From NCBI RefSeq assembly GCF_037042905.1, contig NC_087256.1, positions 16,244,001 through 16,308,000 of the forward strand: DNA of 64,000 bases, written 5' to 3'. Below, piece after piece: positions 1 to 12,404 of this stretch (within the stretch, counting starts at the first letter, position 1; every line of letters begins with the position of its first letter). The stretch is from Lytechinus pictus. Taxonomy: Eukaryota. The position numbers and the translations under genes were made by a program. Below the pieces are notes generated by a model, which was not told the origin of the DNA, searched no databases, and was given only the letters and a program-made list of their open reading frames with translations.

Positions 1-2930
1 GGAGTACAGACTAGGCTCATACCAATAAATATTACACAGGGTCTTAGTTTTGTAGTTGGTTGGGTCTTAGTTTTGTAGTTTTGTATTGAGTACATAGAAT
101 AGATGAAGTGTAACTTCAAAACTGGGTCTGGAGTACAGACTAGACTCATACCAATGAATATTACACAGGGTCTTAGTTTTGTAGTTGGTTAGGTCTTAGT
201 TTTGTAGTTTTGTATTGAGTACATAGAATAGATGAAGGGTTTCTCCAAAACTGGGTGTGGAGTACAGACTAGGCTCATACCAATGAATATTACACAGGGT
301 CTTAGTTTTGTAGTTGGTTAGGTCTTAGTTTTGTAGTTTTGTATTGAGTACATAGAATAGGTGAAGTGTATCTTCAAAACTGGGTGTGGAGTACAGACTA
401 GACTCATACCAATGAATATTACACAGGGTCTTAGTTTTGTAGTTGGTTAGGTCTTAGTTTTGTAGTTTTGTATTGAGTACATAGAATAGATGAAGGGTTT
501 CTCCAAAACTGGGTGTGGAGTACAGACTAGACTCATACCGATGAATATTACACAGGGTCTTAGTTTTGTAGTTGGTTGGGTCTTAGTTTTGTAGTTTTGT
601 ATTGAGTACATAGAATAGATGAAGGGTTTCTCCAAAACTGGGTGTGGAGTACAGATTAGGCTCATACCAATAAATATTACACAGGGTCTTAGTTTTGTAG
701 TTGGTTGGGTCTTAGTTTTGTAGTTTTGTATTGAGTACATAGAATAGATGAAGGGTATCTCCAAAACTGGGTGTGGAGTACAGACTAGGCTCATACCAAT
801 AAATATTACACAGGGTCTTAGTTTTGTAGTTGGTTGGGTCTTAGTTTTGTAGTTTTGTATTGAGTACATAGGATAGGTGAAGTGTTTCTCACAAACTGGG
901 TCTGGAGTACAGACTAGACTCATACCAATGAATATTACACAGGGTCTTAGTTTTGTAGTTGGTTAGGTCTTAGTTTTGTAGTTTTGTATTGAGTACATAG
1001 AATAGATGAAGGGTTTCTCCAAAACTGGGTGTGGAGTACAGACTAGGCTCATACCAATGAATATTACACAGGGTCTTAGTTTTGTAGTTGGTTAGGTCTT
1101 AGTTTTGTAGTTTTGTATTGAGTACATAGAATAGGTGAAGTGTATCTTCAAAACTGGGTGTGGAGTACAGACTAGACTCATACCAATAAATATTACACAG
1201 GGTCTTAGTTTTGTAGTTGGTTAGGTCTTAGTTTTGTAGTTTTGTATTGAGTACATAGAATAGATGAAGGGTTTCTCCAAAACTGGGTGTGGAGTACAGA
1301 CTAGACTCATACCGATGAATATTACACAGGGTCTTAGTTTTGTAGTTGGTTGGGTCTTAGTTTTGTAGTTTTGTATTGAGTACATAGAATAGATGAAGGG
1401 TTTCTCCAAAACTGGGTGTGGAGTACAGACTAGACTCATACCGATGAATATTACACAGGGTCTTAGTTTTGTAGTTGGTTAGGTCTTAGTTTTGTAGTTT
1501 TGTATTGAGTACATAGAATAGATGAAGGGTTTCTCCAAAACTGGGTGTGGAGTACAGACTAGACTCATACCGATGAATATTACACAGGGTCTTAGTTTTG
1601 TAGTTGGTTAGGTCTTAGTTTTGTAGTTTTGTATTGAGTACATAGAATAGATGAAGGGTTTCTCCAAAACTGGGTGTGGAGTACAGACTAGACTCATACC
1701 GATGAATATTACACAGGGTCTTAGTTTTGTAGTTGGTTGGGTCTTAGTTTTGTAGTTTTGTATTGAGTACATAGAATAGATGAAGGGTTTCTCCAAAACT
1801 GGGTGTGGAGTACAGATTAGGCTCATACCAATAAATATTACACAGGGTCTTAGTTTTGTAGTTGGTTGGGTCTTAGTTTTGTAGTTTTGTATTGAGTACA
1901 TAGAATAGATGAAGGGTTTCTCCAAAACTGGGTGTGGAGTACAGACTAGACTCATACCGATGAATATTACACAGGGTCTTAGTTTTGTAGTTGGTTAGGT
2001 CTTAGTTTTGTAGTTTTGTATTGAGTACATAGAATAGGTGAAGTGTATCTTCAAAACTGGGTGTGGAGTACAGACTAGACTCATACCAATGAATATTACA
2101 CAGGGTCTTAGTTTTGTAGTTGGTTGGGTCTTAGTTTTGTAGTTTTGTATTGAGTACATGGAATAGATGAAGGGTTTCTCCAAAACTGGGTGTGGAGTAC
2201 AGACTAGACTCACATCAATGAATATTACACAGGGTCTTAGTTTTGTAGTTGGTTAGGTCTTAGTTTTGTAGTTTTGTATTGAGTACATAGAATAGGTGAA
2301 GTGTATCTTCAAAACTGGGTGTGGAGTACAGACTAGACTCATACCAATAAATATTACACAGGGTCTTAGTTTTGTAGTTGGTTAGGTCTTAGTTTTGTAG
2401 TTTTGTATTGAGTACATAGAATAGATGAAGGGTTTCTCCAAAACTGGGTGTGGAGTACAGATTAGGCTCATACCAATAAATATTACACAGGGTCTTAGTT
2501 TTGTAGTTGGTTGGGTCTTAGTTTTGTAGTTTTGTATTGAGTACATAGAATAGATGAAGGGTTTCTCCAAAACTGGGTGTGGAGTACAGACTAGGCTCAT
2601 ACCAATAAATATTACACAGGGTCTTAGTTTTGTAGTTGGTTGGGTCTTAGTTTTGTAGTTTTGTATTGAGTACATAGAATAGATGAAGTGTAACTTCAAA
2701 ACTGGGTCTGGAGTACAGACTAGACTCATACCAATGAATATTACACAGGGTCTTAGTTTTGTAGCTGGTTAGGTCTTAGTTTTGTAGTTTTGTCTAAGTA
2801 TGATATAGTTGGTAGTGTAACTTGGTCTGGATCACAGACTAGGCTTCATACCCATGAGTATTACCGGGGATTACTTACACAGGGTCTTAGTTTTGTAGTT
2901 GGTTGGGTCTTAGTTTTGTAGTTTTTTTGG
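1..2930. repeat. 129-bp tandem satellite, about 21.6 near-identical copies plus a diverged terminal copy; runs off the left edge
   Basis: Unit ggagtacagactag(g/a)ctcatacc...aaaactgggt(g/c)t recurs every 129 bp. Each unit holds two copies of ggtcttagttttgtagtt. The array degenerates after about 2790. Confidence 0.98.
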
Positions 2931-2942
2931 TAGTATATATAT

Positions 2943-2987
2943 GGGGTCTTAGGTCTTAGGTCTTAGGTCTTTGTTTTATAGACACCC
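2943..2987 (-). mobile_element. Putative DNA-transposon terminus capping the satellite
   Basis: Minus strand reads GGGTGTCTATAAAACAAAGACC(TAAGACC)x3, with a sharp boundary to unique sequence. It shares a motif with the satellite unit. The partner end is not in the window. Confidence 0.5.
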
Positions 2988-4320
2988 ATAATATCCCTTA
3001 TTTTTCCTTTGGCTTTATAAGGACTGTTAAGTGCAGAAAAGGGGGAAACGGTGACTAATTTAACTGGTACTGGCTGGTTGGTCCCGTAGTCAGTTAGCAT
3101 GTTTTGTAGGCCTACATTCACAATGATCACGATGGTCAGAGAACAATTTCCCTCATTCCTCTCAATTCTCTCTCATCATGCTTATCATTACATGTATCAT
3201 GTGTATACCAGGGAGATGGGGTTTAGTGTGTGCATGGAGCTACTAACTGGTGTGTGCATGCAAGGAGAGATAACTGAGGTATAGGCCTAAGTTTGTGTGT
3301 AAGTTCATTGGGCAAGTTGGGTCGGCTCTTCGGTCAAGAGCGCGGGTGCTGTGTGCATCATCGCACGGTGCAAGCTTCTGTGTCAAATACGCGCGAAACG
3401 ACTAATAACAGGCTACAAAAATCACTCGACCATGCTGCCGCTATGCGAATTCGATGTGCGAAGATTACGTAACTTTCACCGAAATTAACGCTACACCGTA
3501 ATGACGATTTTGTGTTATTTTACTACACTGGTGCTATGATTATACTTTTGACAATTTCCCCAACAATGTAAGCATTTGATTTCTTATCATCAGAGGGCCA
3601 GGGACACTTGCCTATATATTCATTGTACTATTACTCTATACTGTAGAAAGAATTAAGCAAACAATATTAACATTTGGTATCATATAAACAATTAAGCAAC
3701 CATTAAAACCATACAAAGTTAAACATGTAAAACCACATTCTCCATAATTACTTTTACAGTTGCTAAATCCTGACCTGCTTTCGATTAAAGAACCATGGCC
3801 CCTGAATACTTGTTTATAGAATTTAAAAGGATAATTATTAAACTTTGTGCATATATTGCAATAATCTTCCTTACTTAATTATTCATAGCAATTACTTACT
3901 CTTCCGCTAGTATTTAAAACAGAATATTTTATCTCTTTTTATTTCAGTCCTTTTATTCATCTCTTTATCTGTTTTTCCTTTATTTTTCATCCAATCATCT
4001 GTGCTTCTTTGGTCTGATTATTTTGTTTTTGTTGTATATAATATACTTCCATCAAAATATTCTCTAATTCACTAAGTACATTAAAACTTCCATGTAATTC
4101 ATTTTATCATTTGACCGAAATGGAAAACAATTAAATCATCAAATACAACTGAATACTAGAATATGATGATGTCTGATGTATTCTGTAAAAGGAAGAGATT
4201 GTCGTAATGATACATTTTTTCAAAAATAGAATGATATTGATTGGTTGTACATTGAACAAATAATAACAACCCAATTACTATAACAAGGCATGAATATGAA
4301 TCAAAGTTCCCCACCCATTC

Positions 4321-4660
4321 ACATAAAACCGACCTAAAGACCACCCATCACATTTTGAGGTTTCATGCTAAGTTAATAACGGTATTACTCAATTTTCTTT
4401 CCATTCTGAATTTGAGGAAACCCCCTTCTTTGTCAAGTTAAACAATTTTTTTAGCTAGAATGAATGAATGACATTGGATAGTCTGCATACTGTCAATCTA
4501 TTTCAGATTAATCTGAATGCACATTAACATTCAGATTAACATTTACATAAAACAGACCTAGCGACCACCCATCACATTTTGAGGTTTCATGCTAAGTCAA
4601 TAATGGTATTACTCAATTTTCTTTCCATTCTGAATTTGAGGATACCCTCTTCTTTGTCAA
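4321..4660. repeat. Local direct duplication of 116 bp (4321-4436 and 4545-4660)
   Basis: acataaaac(c/a)gaccta...cttctttgtcaa is present twice, 224 bp apart, with few substitutions. Confidence 0.9.
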
Positions 4661-5670
4661 TGTATTTCAGATGAGTCAGAGCCCATAGAGACAGGATGCT
4701 ACACGTGTTTGCGGAACATTCCGAACTTGACAGTACATACAATAGCCATAATGGGTTACAATAACAAATGGCCACAGCTGACAAGGAAAACCACAAAGTG
4801 GGAACAAAAGAATGGGAAAAGTCGTCCCTCTTTTGTTCTGAAATCCTCATTTTTTGATAACTTCCTAAGCATGTGATTTGGGGGCATGATTCATGGAGTT
4901 AATTTTGGGTCGATAAAGAGTCTGAGAGGAGAAAATTCCTGTAGAAACTGGATTTAATCAAGGTCAGTGTTATCCAATGTTATTTTTCTTCTTCCAGGAT
5001 GGTGATATCATCCATATAGATGTGTAAACAAGATAAATGATACGTCCAAAACTTCAAACAACTCAAGCCATGCATACAATACTTATCAAAATTAATTGAA
5101 TATCATGATTATTTCCTGCACAAAAGCAATGACAGTGTGACACATAAGATTTGAAGTCATATTATTTTGAATCTGGTTTGATTCAAGCTTTCATAACTGC
5201 TGGTCTAACTACAGATATTACACAAATCTTAAACTGCAGATTCTGTGGTTCAAAAACTCGCTTGACATTTGCATTGCTAGAATTTGTCAAGAAATTTTCA
5301 CAGTATTTCTTCAACATTAATACATTAGAAAATAACATGTAAACATGAGAAACTTATGCAGAAAAACAAAGTTTCATAGGCCTACTGCTAGCTTTCTATA
5401 CTTTTAAGAGGTCTGGGATTTCCTGAGGTACAAAATATGGAAATCATAATTAGTCATGATTGATTTACTTCTAAAACTATGAATTGATTGATTTGTTTAT
5501 GGAAAATTGAAAGCTGAATTCCAGTTTATATACTGATCAATGATATTTAACATCACTTTATATTACAATGATGCCGCAATTAAACAAAAAGTTAAAATGG
5601 TTGCCACAATTATCCATGTTTACATGGAAACATTTTACACATTTTACAACCTAAAGCAATTCAATTTAAA

Positions 5671-5945
5671 GGGGCATCGTGGTCTAGTGGTTAAGACTCT
5701 TGTCTTTCAATCTGAAGGACGTGGGTTCAATTTCAAGCCATGGCGTGTTTTCCTTCAGCAAGAAATTTACCCACATTGTGCTGCACTCAACCCAGGTGAG
5801 GTAAATGGGTACCGGCAGGAAGTAATTTCTCAACAAGCTGTGCAGACCGGAATTGGTAGACTAGCTTAGCCGGGGTAATATGGGAGCACCTTGAGCACCT
5901 AGGAAGTTGGATACGTTCACTATACAAATCCTTTTATAATTATTA
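5671..5945 (+). mobile_element. tRNA-derived SINE, tail type A
   Basis: A-box tggtctagtgg, degenerate B-box ggttcaatttc, central block gcactcaacccaggtgaggtaaatgggtacc and an AT-rich tail. Second copy at 26370. Confidence 0.88.
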
Positions 5946-6832
5946 AAGCAATAATACATAATGATCATTGAATAGACAAACATTTGAATATTTCTGAACA
6001 AGTAAATGTTACCTATCACTCATGCAAATGCCCTTTGAAAAAAAGGGAGTTACGAGCCAGGATCTATTCTCTTCACGATGAGATGAATCTGCTCTTAAGT
6101 ACTGGAATTCTGAGAAAAACTTGACATTCACTCTGACCTTATTCATTTTATTTTCCAGTTAATGCATACTAAGATGGGACCTTTTAATGAAGCGAAACTC
6201 ACAGTGATGATCATGTTCTATTGATTTAACTGACACCCCCCTTCACACCCTATTATTTATTGTACAATTATCCTACAGGTAGGAATAGCAAAAGTGTGAA
6301 AGGTGTGTATTATCTTTCACAGCACAAACATGTTTTGCCAGAATTCAATAGCATTAGTGAGAATTATTCTGCTAATACTTTTCTTTCTTTGATCATGCAA
6401 AAGCTTTAAGAAATCATTGATAAACATGGGACACAACATAAATATACATGCTTCCTGCAAAAGTAACAAAAATTGTGAAAATTAGACTTGGGATCTTTAA
6501 TGGTTAAGCACATAATTTATTGACATATTGTAATAGACTTCATATAGAATTAAGCCCTTGAATTTCACTTGGTGTGAAAGGAACATCGAAAGTAAAATTC
6601 TGTATGAAGGGGGTTGATGGTGCTCCAAAGGAATAACACTTCAGATTTCAATACAGGTTTGAAAAGGTCATTACCAGAAACAAACTTCTGCAAGGGATAT
6701 ACGATGTCAGATGTCGATGGGCACTTACTCGCAAGACATGAATTCTTAGTTAGAAAGTAAATAGCGGATTGTCATAAAGAGACTGATAGGTTATGATTCA
6801 AAGTTTCACCACCAAGTTAGTTCTTTATTCAT

Positions 6833-7808
6833 AACAAGTGGAATGCCTCTGGCCGTCTCACCTGCATCACGCGATTCAATATAGCAGCAGTGCTGATTTT
6901 GAAAACTACTATAACTCGCACAAGATGTTCAGTGATACTTGGTTACTCTTATTTCCACGTTTTATGAACTAGACCAATACACTTATAGAGATATGATGGC
7001 AATTCAACAAATACCCCCAACGTGGCCAAAGTTCTTTGACCTTACATGACCTTTGACCTTGATCATGTGACCTGAAACTCGCACAGGATGTTCAGTGATA
7101 CTTGATTACTCTTATGTCCAAGTTTTATGAACTAGACCAACACACTTTCAAATTTATGGCTGTAATTCAACAAATACCCCAATTTGGCAAAAGTTCATTG
7201 ACCCTAAATGACCTTTGACCTTGATCATGTGACCTGAAAGTTGCACAGGATGTTCAGTAATACTTGATTACTATTATGTCCAAGTTTCATGAATCAGATC
7301 CATAAACATTCAAAGTTATGATGGTAATTCAACAGATACCCCCAATTCGGCCAAAGTTCATTGACCCTAAATGACCTTTGACCTTGGTCATGTGACGTGA
7401 AACTCATGCAGGATCTTCAGTGATACTTGATTAACCTTATGTATAAGTTTCATGAACTAGGTCCATATATTTTCTAAGCTATGATGACATTTCAAAAACT
7501 TAACCTTAGGTTAAGATTTTGATGTTGATTCCCCCAACATGGTCTAAGTTCATTGACCCTAAATGACCTTTGACCTTGGTCATGTGACATGAAACTCAGA
7601 CAGGATGTTCAGTAATACTTGATTAACCTTATGGCCAAGTTTCATGAACTAGGTCCATATACTTTCTAAGTTATGCTGTCATTTCAAAAACTTAACCTCA
7701 GGTTAAGATTTGGTGTTGACGCCGCCGTCGCCGTCGCCGCCGCCGCCGCCGTCGCCGTCGAAAAAGCGGCGCCTATAGTCTCACTCTGCTATGCAGGTGA
7801 GACAAAAA
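6833..7808 (-). mobile_element. Helentron-associated / DINE-1-like non-autonomous element with internal tandem repeats
   Basis: 13-bp subterminal inverted repeat gtctcacctgcat (6855-6867) / atgcaggtgagac (7791-7803), a terminal stem-loop, a (GCC/GTC)n microsatellite at about 7720-7760, and five core repeats (periods 163, 162, 163, 192). T-rich ends (ttttt ... cttgtt on minus). Confidence 0.85.
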
Positions 7809-7920
7809 TTAGATGAATTGAAAATGAATAACTGGAAAGGATTTACAAGTTAAAAGATGAAAGCTAGAGAGAGGGGGAGACAGACTGAGAGAGTGAGAGA
7901 GAGAGAGACAGGTATAAAGA

Positions 7921-8356
7921 CCCGGGGGGGGGGGGGCACTAAAATTATTTTTTGATGGGGGTGTGCCTCGCGAAACTCTGAAATGGGGATCTAAGGAACT
8001 GACTAAAAGGGTAAAGTATGAGGTCTTGGGAACTAAATATATACCGCGCGGTGTGAAAAACAGGGTCTACGGAACGGGATCGCGGCACTGTAGGTATAGC
8101 GCTGTGCATGCACTAGCCATGCATGGAGCGGCTACTAGTTATATGTAGGGAGTTGCAAAGCCATACGTGCATCCTCTCGCATGCAGTGCTCGCGCTTGAC
8201 AAGTAATGGGGGTCTTGCGAACGAGGCTGGGCAGCTTCTGAACTGAATTTTTGTCAGTATCTAGAAAACTGAAAATTAGGTCTGAAAAAGAAGGACATCA
8301 AAGCGGCACGTCCCTGTACCACCAATATATGTGAGTGCCCCCCCCCCCCACCCGGG
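7921..8356. mobile_element. MITE with CCCGGG(G)n termini
   Basis: cccggg(g)n-cact ... agtg-(c)n-cccggg; flanks ataaaga / atataga give a 7-bp TSD with one mismatch. Confidence 0.8.
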
Positions 8357-8627
8357 ATATAGATAGACAGGGATAGAAAAGCACACAAAGCCATCTAACG
8401 GCTATATGTGATGTATGTATATTGCTGAATCCTTCTTTATCGCCATACTGAAGAGTATGAACGCAGATATTATTTTATTTAGAACTTCATCTATATATAC
8501 AATATATTTAATTTGAAAAAACCATAAGTCTAGTGTCAACAGACTTGTGGCCTACACATTTTAAGAGACATGATTGGATAATTGCTTTCTCCTGTGGTGA
8601 CATCAAAATCTGCTATGTAAAGAAAAG

Positions 8628-9044
8628 GGTAAATTGCCAATTCGTCTTCTGCCAACTCGTCCACTCACCACATGGTCTTCTTTCATTTAGTCTAATGCCA
8701 TTCTGTCCATCAATATCTCGTCTAACAACCGTTTGGTCCAAGAACCATTTGGTCCAATAATCACTTCGGCTAATCACCATTTCGTCTAAGACCATTTCGT
8801 CTCAAAACCAGTTGGTCTAATATCCATTTCATGTTCAATCATTTTGCACAATTAACACTAATCCAATTAGACCAAATGGTATAGACTAAATAGCTATTGG
8901 ACCAACTGGTTATTAGATGAAATGGTGAGTGGACGAATTGGCAATTAGACCATGTGGATAGTGGACGAACTACTGGTAGACCAAATGATAAGTAGACGAG
9001 TTGGCAATTGGACGAATTGGCATTAGACAAATTGGAAATAAACC
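8628..9044. mobile_element. Foldback-like element built from 15-17-bp subrepeats in opposed orientation
   Basis: Left half has cca(t/a)tt(c/g)gtc(t/c)aa units, right half has their reverse complements; ends ...aaataaacc. Second copy at 15183-15586. Confidence 0.8.
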
Positions 9045-9199
9045 AAGAAGAGGGTGAGGGGCACAGACCCCGTGATTTTCACAAACCTTGGGGGTATGAT
9101 AGGCATATAGGGGGGGGGGGTGTCTAACTGAACCTGAGATTCAAAGTCCACAATATTGCTTATTAAAGCAGCAGGCAAATGGAATGTATAATACATGTA

Positions 9200-9475
9200 C
9201 ATGTATATCGATCTGATGAGATGACACGCAAAAGCATACAAACAGATCAGTCTAGTATGGTGATTTGGTGGTGATTTTTTACTGCCCAATTGCTAAGAAA
9301 GCATGGATGCTTGTAGGCAAGTGACCAGAGGACATACGGCTTAAGGTCCTCTCCGAGGGACCTGGCAATGAGGATTAATGCCTTACCAAAGGGCACCAGC
9401 GCACCGAGTGAGAATCGAACCCGGGTCACCGGAATCTGAAACCCCCCGCTCTACCAACTGAGCCATCGTGCCTCC
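9200..9475 (-). mobile_element. tRNA-derived SINE (different family)
   Basis: Minus strand begins ggaggcacgatggctcagttggtagagc...gggttcgattctc, followed by non-tRNA body gccctttggtaaggcattaatcc...gaggaccttaagccg. The 3' boundary is approximate. Confidence 0.8.
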
Positions 9476-9856
9476 GCTTCTCTTATACTTCAGCAAGTTC
9501 CGTGCCCTGGGGTAAATGTAATATGTATGTAATATTGTTACTACCTTATTAATCTGCAACAAGCTACCAGGCAATCTTGGGACAATCTCTGGAAGTGTTA
9601 CTTGGCAGACTTTGCATCCATTATTACCAACTCTTTCAAATACGGGTCACAATATCCAGAACACTATTTTGACAGGTTAAACTCCCCCCTCATATATGGA
9701 CGGTCATTGTGTGATGCTCTCTAGTGCAATTCCAGCATTATTCTGCAGTGCATGGCATGCTTAAAAAGCAGTTCCCATTATTTTCACGTAAATATTACAG
9801 AAATGATTTTCTCAATGTCTATACTAAGTCAGTTACATAAGGATCATATCTTTTAG

Positions 9857-10516
9857 CCCGGGGGGGGGGGGCCACTTACATTGACGAGTGGATACCATGC
9901 GCGACCAAAAAAACACGTAAAAAGGATGTCTTTTTCAAGATAGGGCACGTTACGTACGTTACGTGATAAGGGTGTCAAAAACACAAAAATATTGAAAAGA
10001 GGGTATCTATTTCACTCGGAAAAATGTACGTGTTTAGGGTCAAATATGCGGGGATGATAAAACAAAATCAAAATGTTTTATAAAGGATGTCCTTTTTGCC
10101 TCAACACTATGTGTTTAGAGTCCGATTTGCGCGAGGTGTGGAAGGTGGGGCCGTACTAAACCAAAATAATAGTGTCTAAAGGTAAAACCGACGACCGACG
10201 ACCGACGGACGCGTGACATAACAATAAAATATCTCTGTACTTGTTTAGGGGTTCATTTCAGGGAATACTTGTTAAGGGGTGTATTTTCAGAATATGGAAA
10301 ATACATCGCTGTACTTGTTTAGGGGCTCAGTTCTGGGAATACTTGCCAATAGTATTTGTTTCCAATACTAGTTAAGGGTAGGGTTTCACACGCTAATACT
10401 TGTTAAGGGTTGCATTTTCAGAATATGGAGAATACGTGTTTAGGGTGCTTTTCAAGACCCCGTGGTCGCGCATGGTATCCACTCGTCAATTGAAGTGGCC
10501 CCCCCCCCCCCCCGGG
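9857..10516. mobile_element. MITE with CCCGGG(G)n termini and perfect 7-bp TSD
   Basis: About 50-bp TIR cccggg(g)n-ccacttacattgacgagtggataccatgcgcgacc; TSD CTTTTAG on both sides; internal tgtttaggg repeats. Another copy at 55977-56508. Confidence 0.92.
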
Positions 10517-12185
10517 CTTTTAGCACAGTAGATGGTCACCAGTTGTGCATAACTGCTGAGCAGCTTCCCTGTACATCCCCTACACATGACGACATTTCGA
10601 TTAAACTACCTATCACCGTGATGCCCCACTGTCATTCTGATAGGGGGCTTGGAAGGGGGGGCTATGGACGCCCAAAAAAATTCATGACCAACAAAAAGGG
10701 AGAAAAGGAAAGGAAAGGGGTTGAAATATGATATAATTTTCTGAATATTGTGACAAAATCTCGCACAAAATGGGATTTTTGTATCAAATAAATTAAAATT
10801 TTTGCTTGCTCACTTGCTTTGCTCGCTTGCAGGCTTTGACTGGTCCCCTCAAATACTTTGGCTCATCATTATGGTACTACTGGTACAATCAGGCACCCAA
10901 GGTCACTCTCCCCTCCACATTTTGCCCCGGCTGCACCTCCAAGAGGAGTGAGAGTTCTCTGTAAAATGTTCAGATCGGAGAATATGAGGGGAATTTCCTC
11001 TCCAACGCGAACGCAGAGTTAATCACGTATGAATGAGGTTTGATAGATGTGAGTTATGACGTCACTCTCTTGAGCACAGTCTCATGTTAATCCTTTTTAT
11101 CAACTATGTGTTTTTTAACTGTCAAAGAAGTCAAATGAAACAGGAGACTGTTGAAGAGCTGTTTACAAACAGTCTCTTTCCTGTAAGAGATCTGGGGTTG
11201 AAAAGAATGGGATAGGTTGAGTGAAATGCCCTTTGACTAACCCTCCATGCCCCCCAACAAATAATCCAAATACCAAATTGAACTACTAGAGTGAACTACC
11301 ACTGAAATTTTTTAATGATATATCAAGGACAGAACATGCAGATGACAAAAAAGGGGAAAAAAATATTTCAATTTCTATGTACATAAATAAATGCAAAAAT
11401 GAAAGGATTCCCTAGATAATCAAGGGTCTCCATCAGCCAGACTAATAGTTTTACACGCACAGATCATATTACAACCAATATGACCTTGAAGATAATCCAG
11501 AGATGAAGGTCAAATAGAATAGTTTGGATTAACCAGGCTACTGTACTAATCCCAGTCCATAAGAGCGCACACACCGGTCCGATCCCTCTTTAATCCCCCC
11601 ATTTGATTGCAACATTAGTGAAATTATATCGCAGGCAGGAAGGAAAAAGACTGCAACCTTTCAGATGATCAGCCACTCAGATATATCAATTAAGAGGCAT
11701 TTTGACATCCATTCACAATTCAATTTCAATTCATAATGCTACTCTATGTTTTTTACTTGGAACATGAACTTTGCAAATTACTTTCAATGTACATCAATGA
11801 AATAAGAATAATCCTACTGGATGAGCATAAAATGTTACATAAACCTGAATGATTATAATTTTGCCTTGTCTATTTTTTTTTCCACATTAGAGGCAAGGTA
11901 TATTGAATACAATGTATGTGACGATAGCAATAACAAAACAACATAAAATGTAAATACAATGTACCAGTAATGCGAAGATTCCATCATAACCATCACTATG
12001 TTGCAGCATTGATAAACCATTATCTCTAACAGGCTAAAATGTGTACAAGTTGCGCTAGGTTTGTCTTTATTTCATTTTGTTTTTCAAGTTTATTGTTTTG
12101 TTATCTCCTGTATGTCTTTTATTTAGTATTTTTTATTCTTTATCATTTGTGACTTCACTGGAAGTGACTACTTGCTGAAATCCTG

Positions 12186-12404
12186 GGGGGTGTTTCACAA
12201 AAATTTAAGTATGACTTAGAGTCGCACTTAAATGCTGACGCGTGCGTGATATGCAACACGCAATCTTGTTGATCAATACGCAGTAGTGTGTGTCCTCTTG
12301 GCATGATCTGACCAATGCGGTCATGCCTTTTATACCGCACGCAACTAGGCATTTAAGTGCAACTCTAACATAAAGTCATCCTTGAGTCTTTGTGAAACAC
12401 CCAC
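12186..12404. mobile_element. MITE, PIF/Harbinger-like (CWG target)
   Basis: TIR gggggtgtttcacaaa / tttgtgaaacacccac with extended imperfect arms; 3-bp TSD CTG. Confidence 0.8.

Noticed and set aside
447-2729. Repetitive minus-strand ORFs (MSLVCTPHPVLEKPF...)
   Set aside because: Artefact of a 129-bp (43-codon) satellite; a single variant site toggles a stop in many units.
1-2790. CRISPR-like regular repeats
   Set aside because: Units are wholly repeated with no unique spacers; eukaryotic context, no cas genes.
4999-5028. DGDIIHIDV resembling a methionine aminopeptidase motif
   Set aside because: Only nine residues followed immediately by a stop; no other MetAP exons seen.
9400-9475. tRNA-like head with TCA at the anticodon position (Sec or suppressor tRNA)
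   Set aside because: Continues directly into a SINE body, lacks an intact acceptor stem and the long variable arm of tRNA-Sec.
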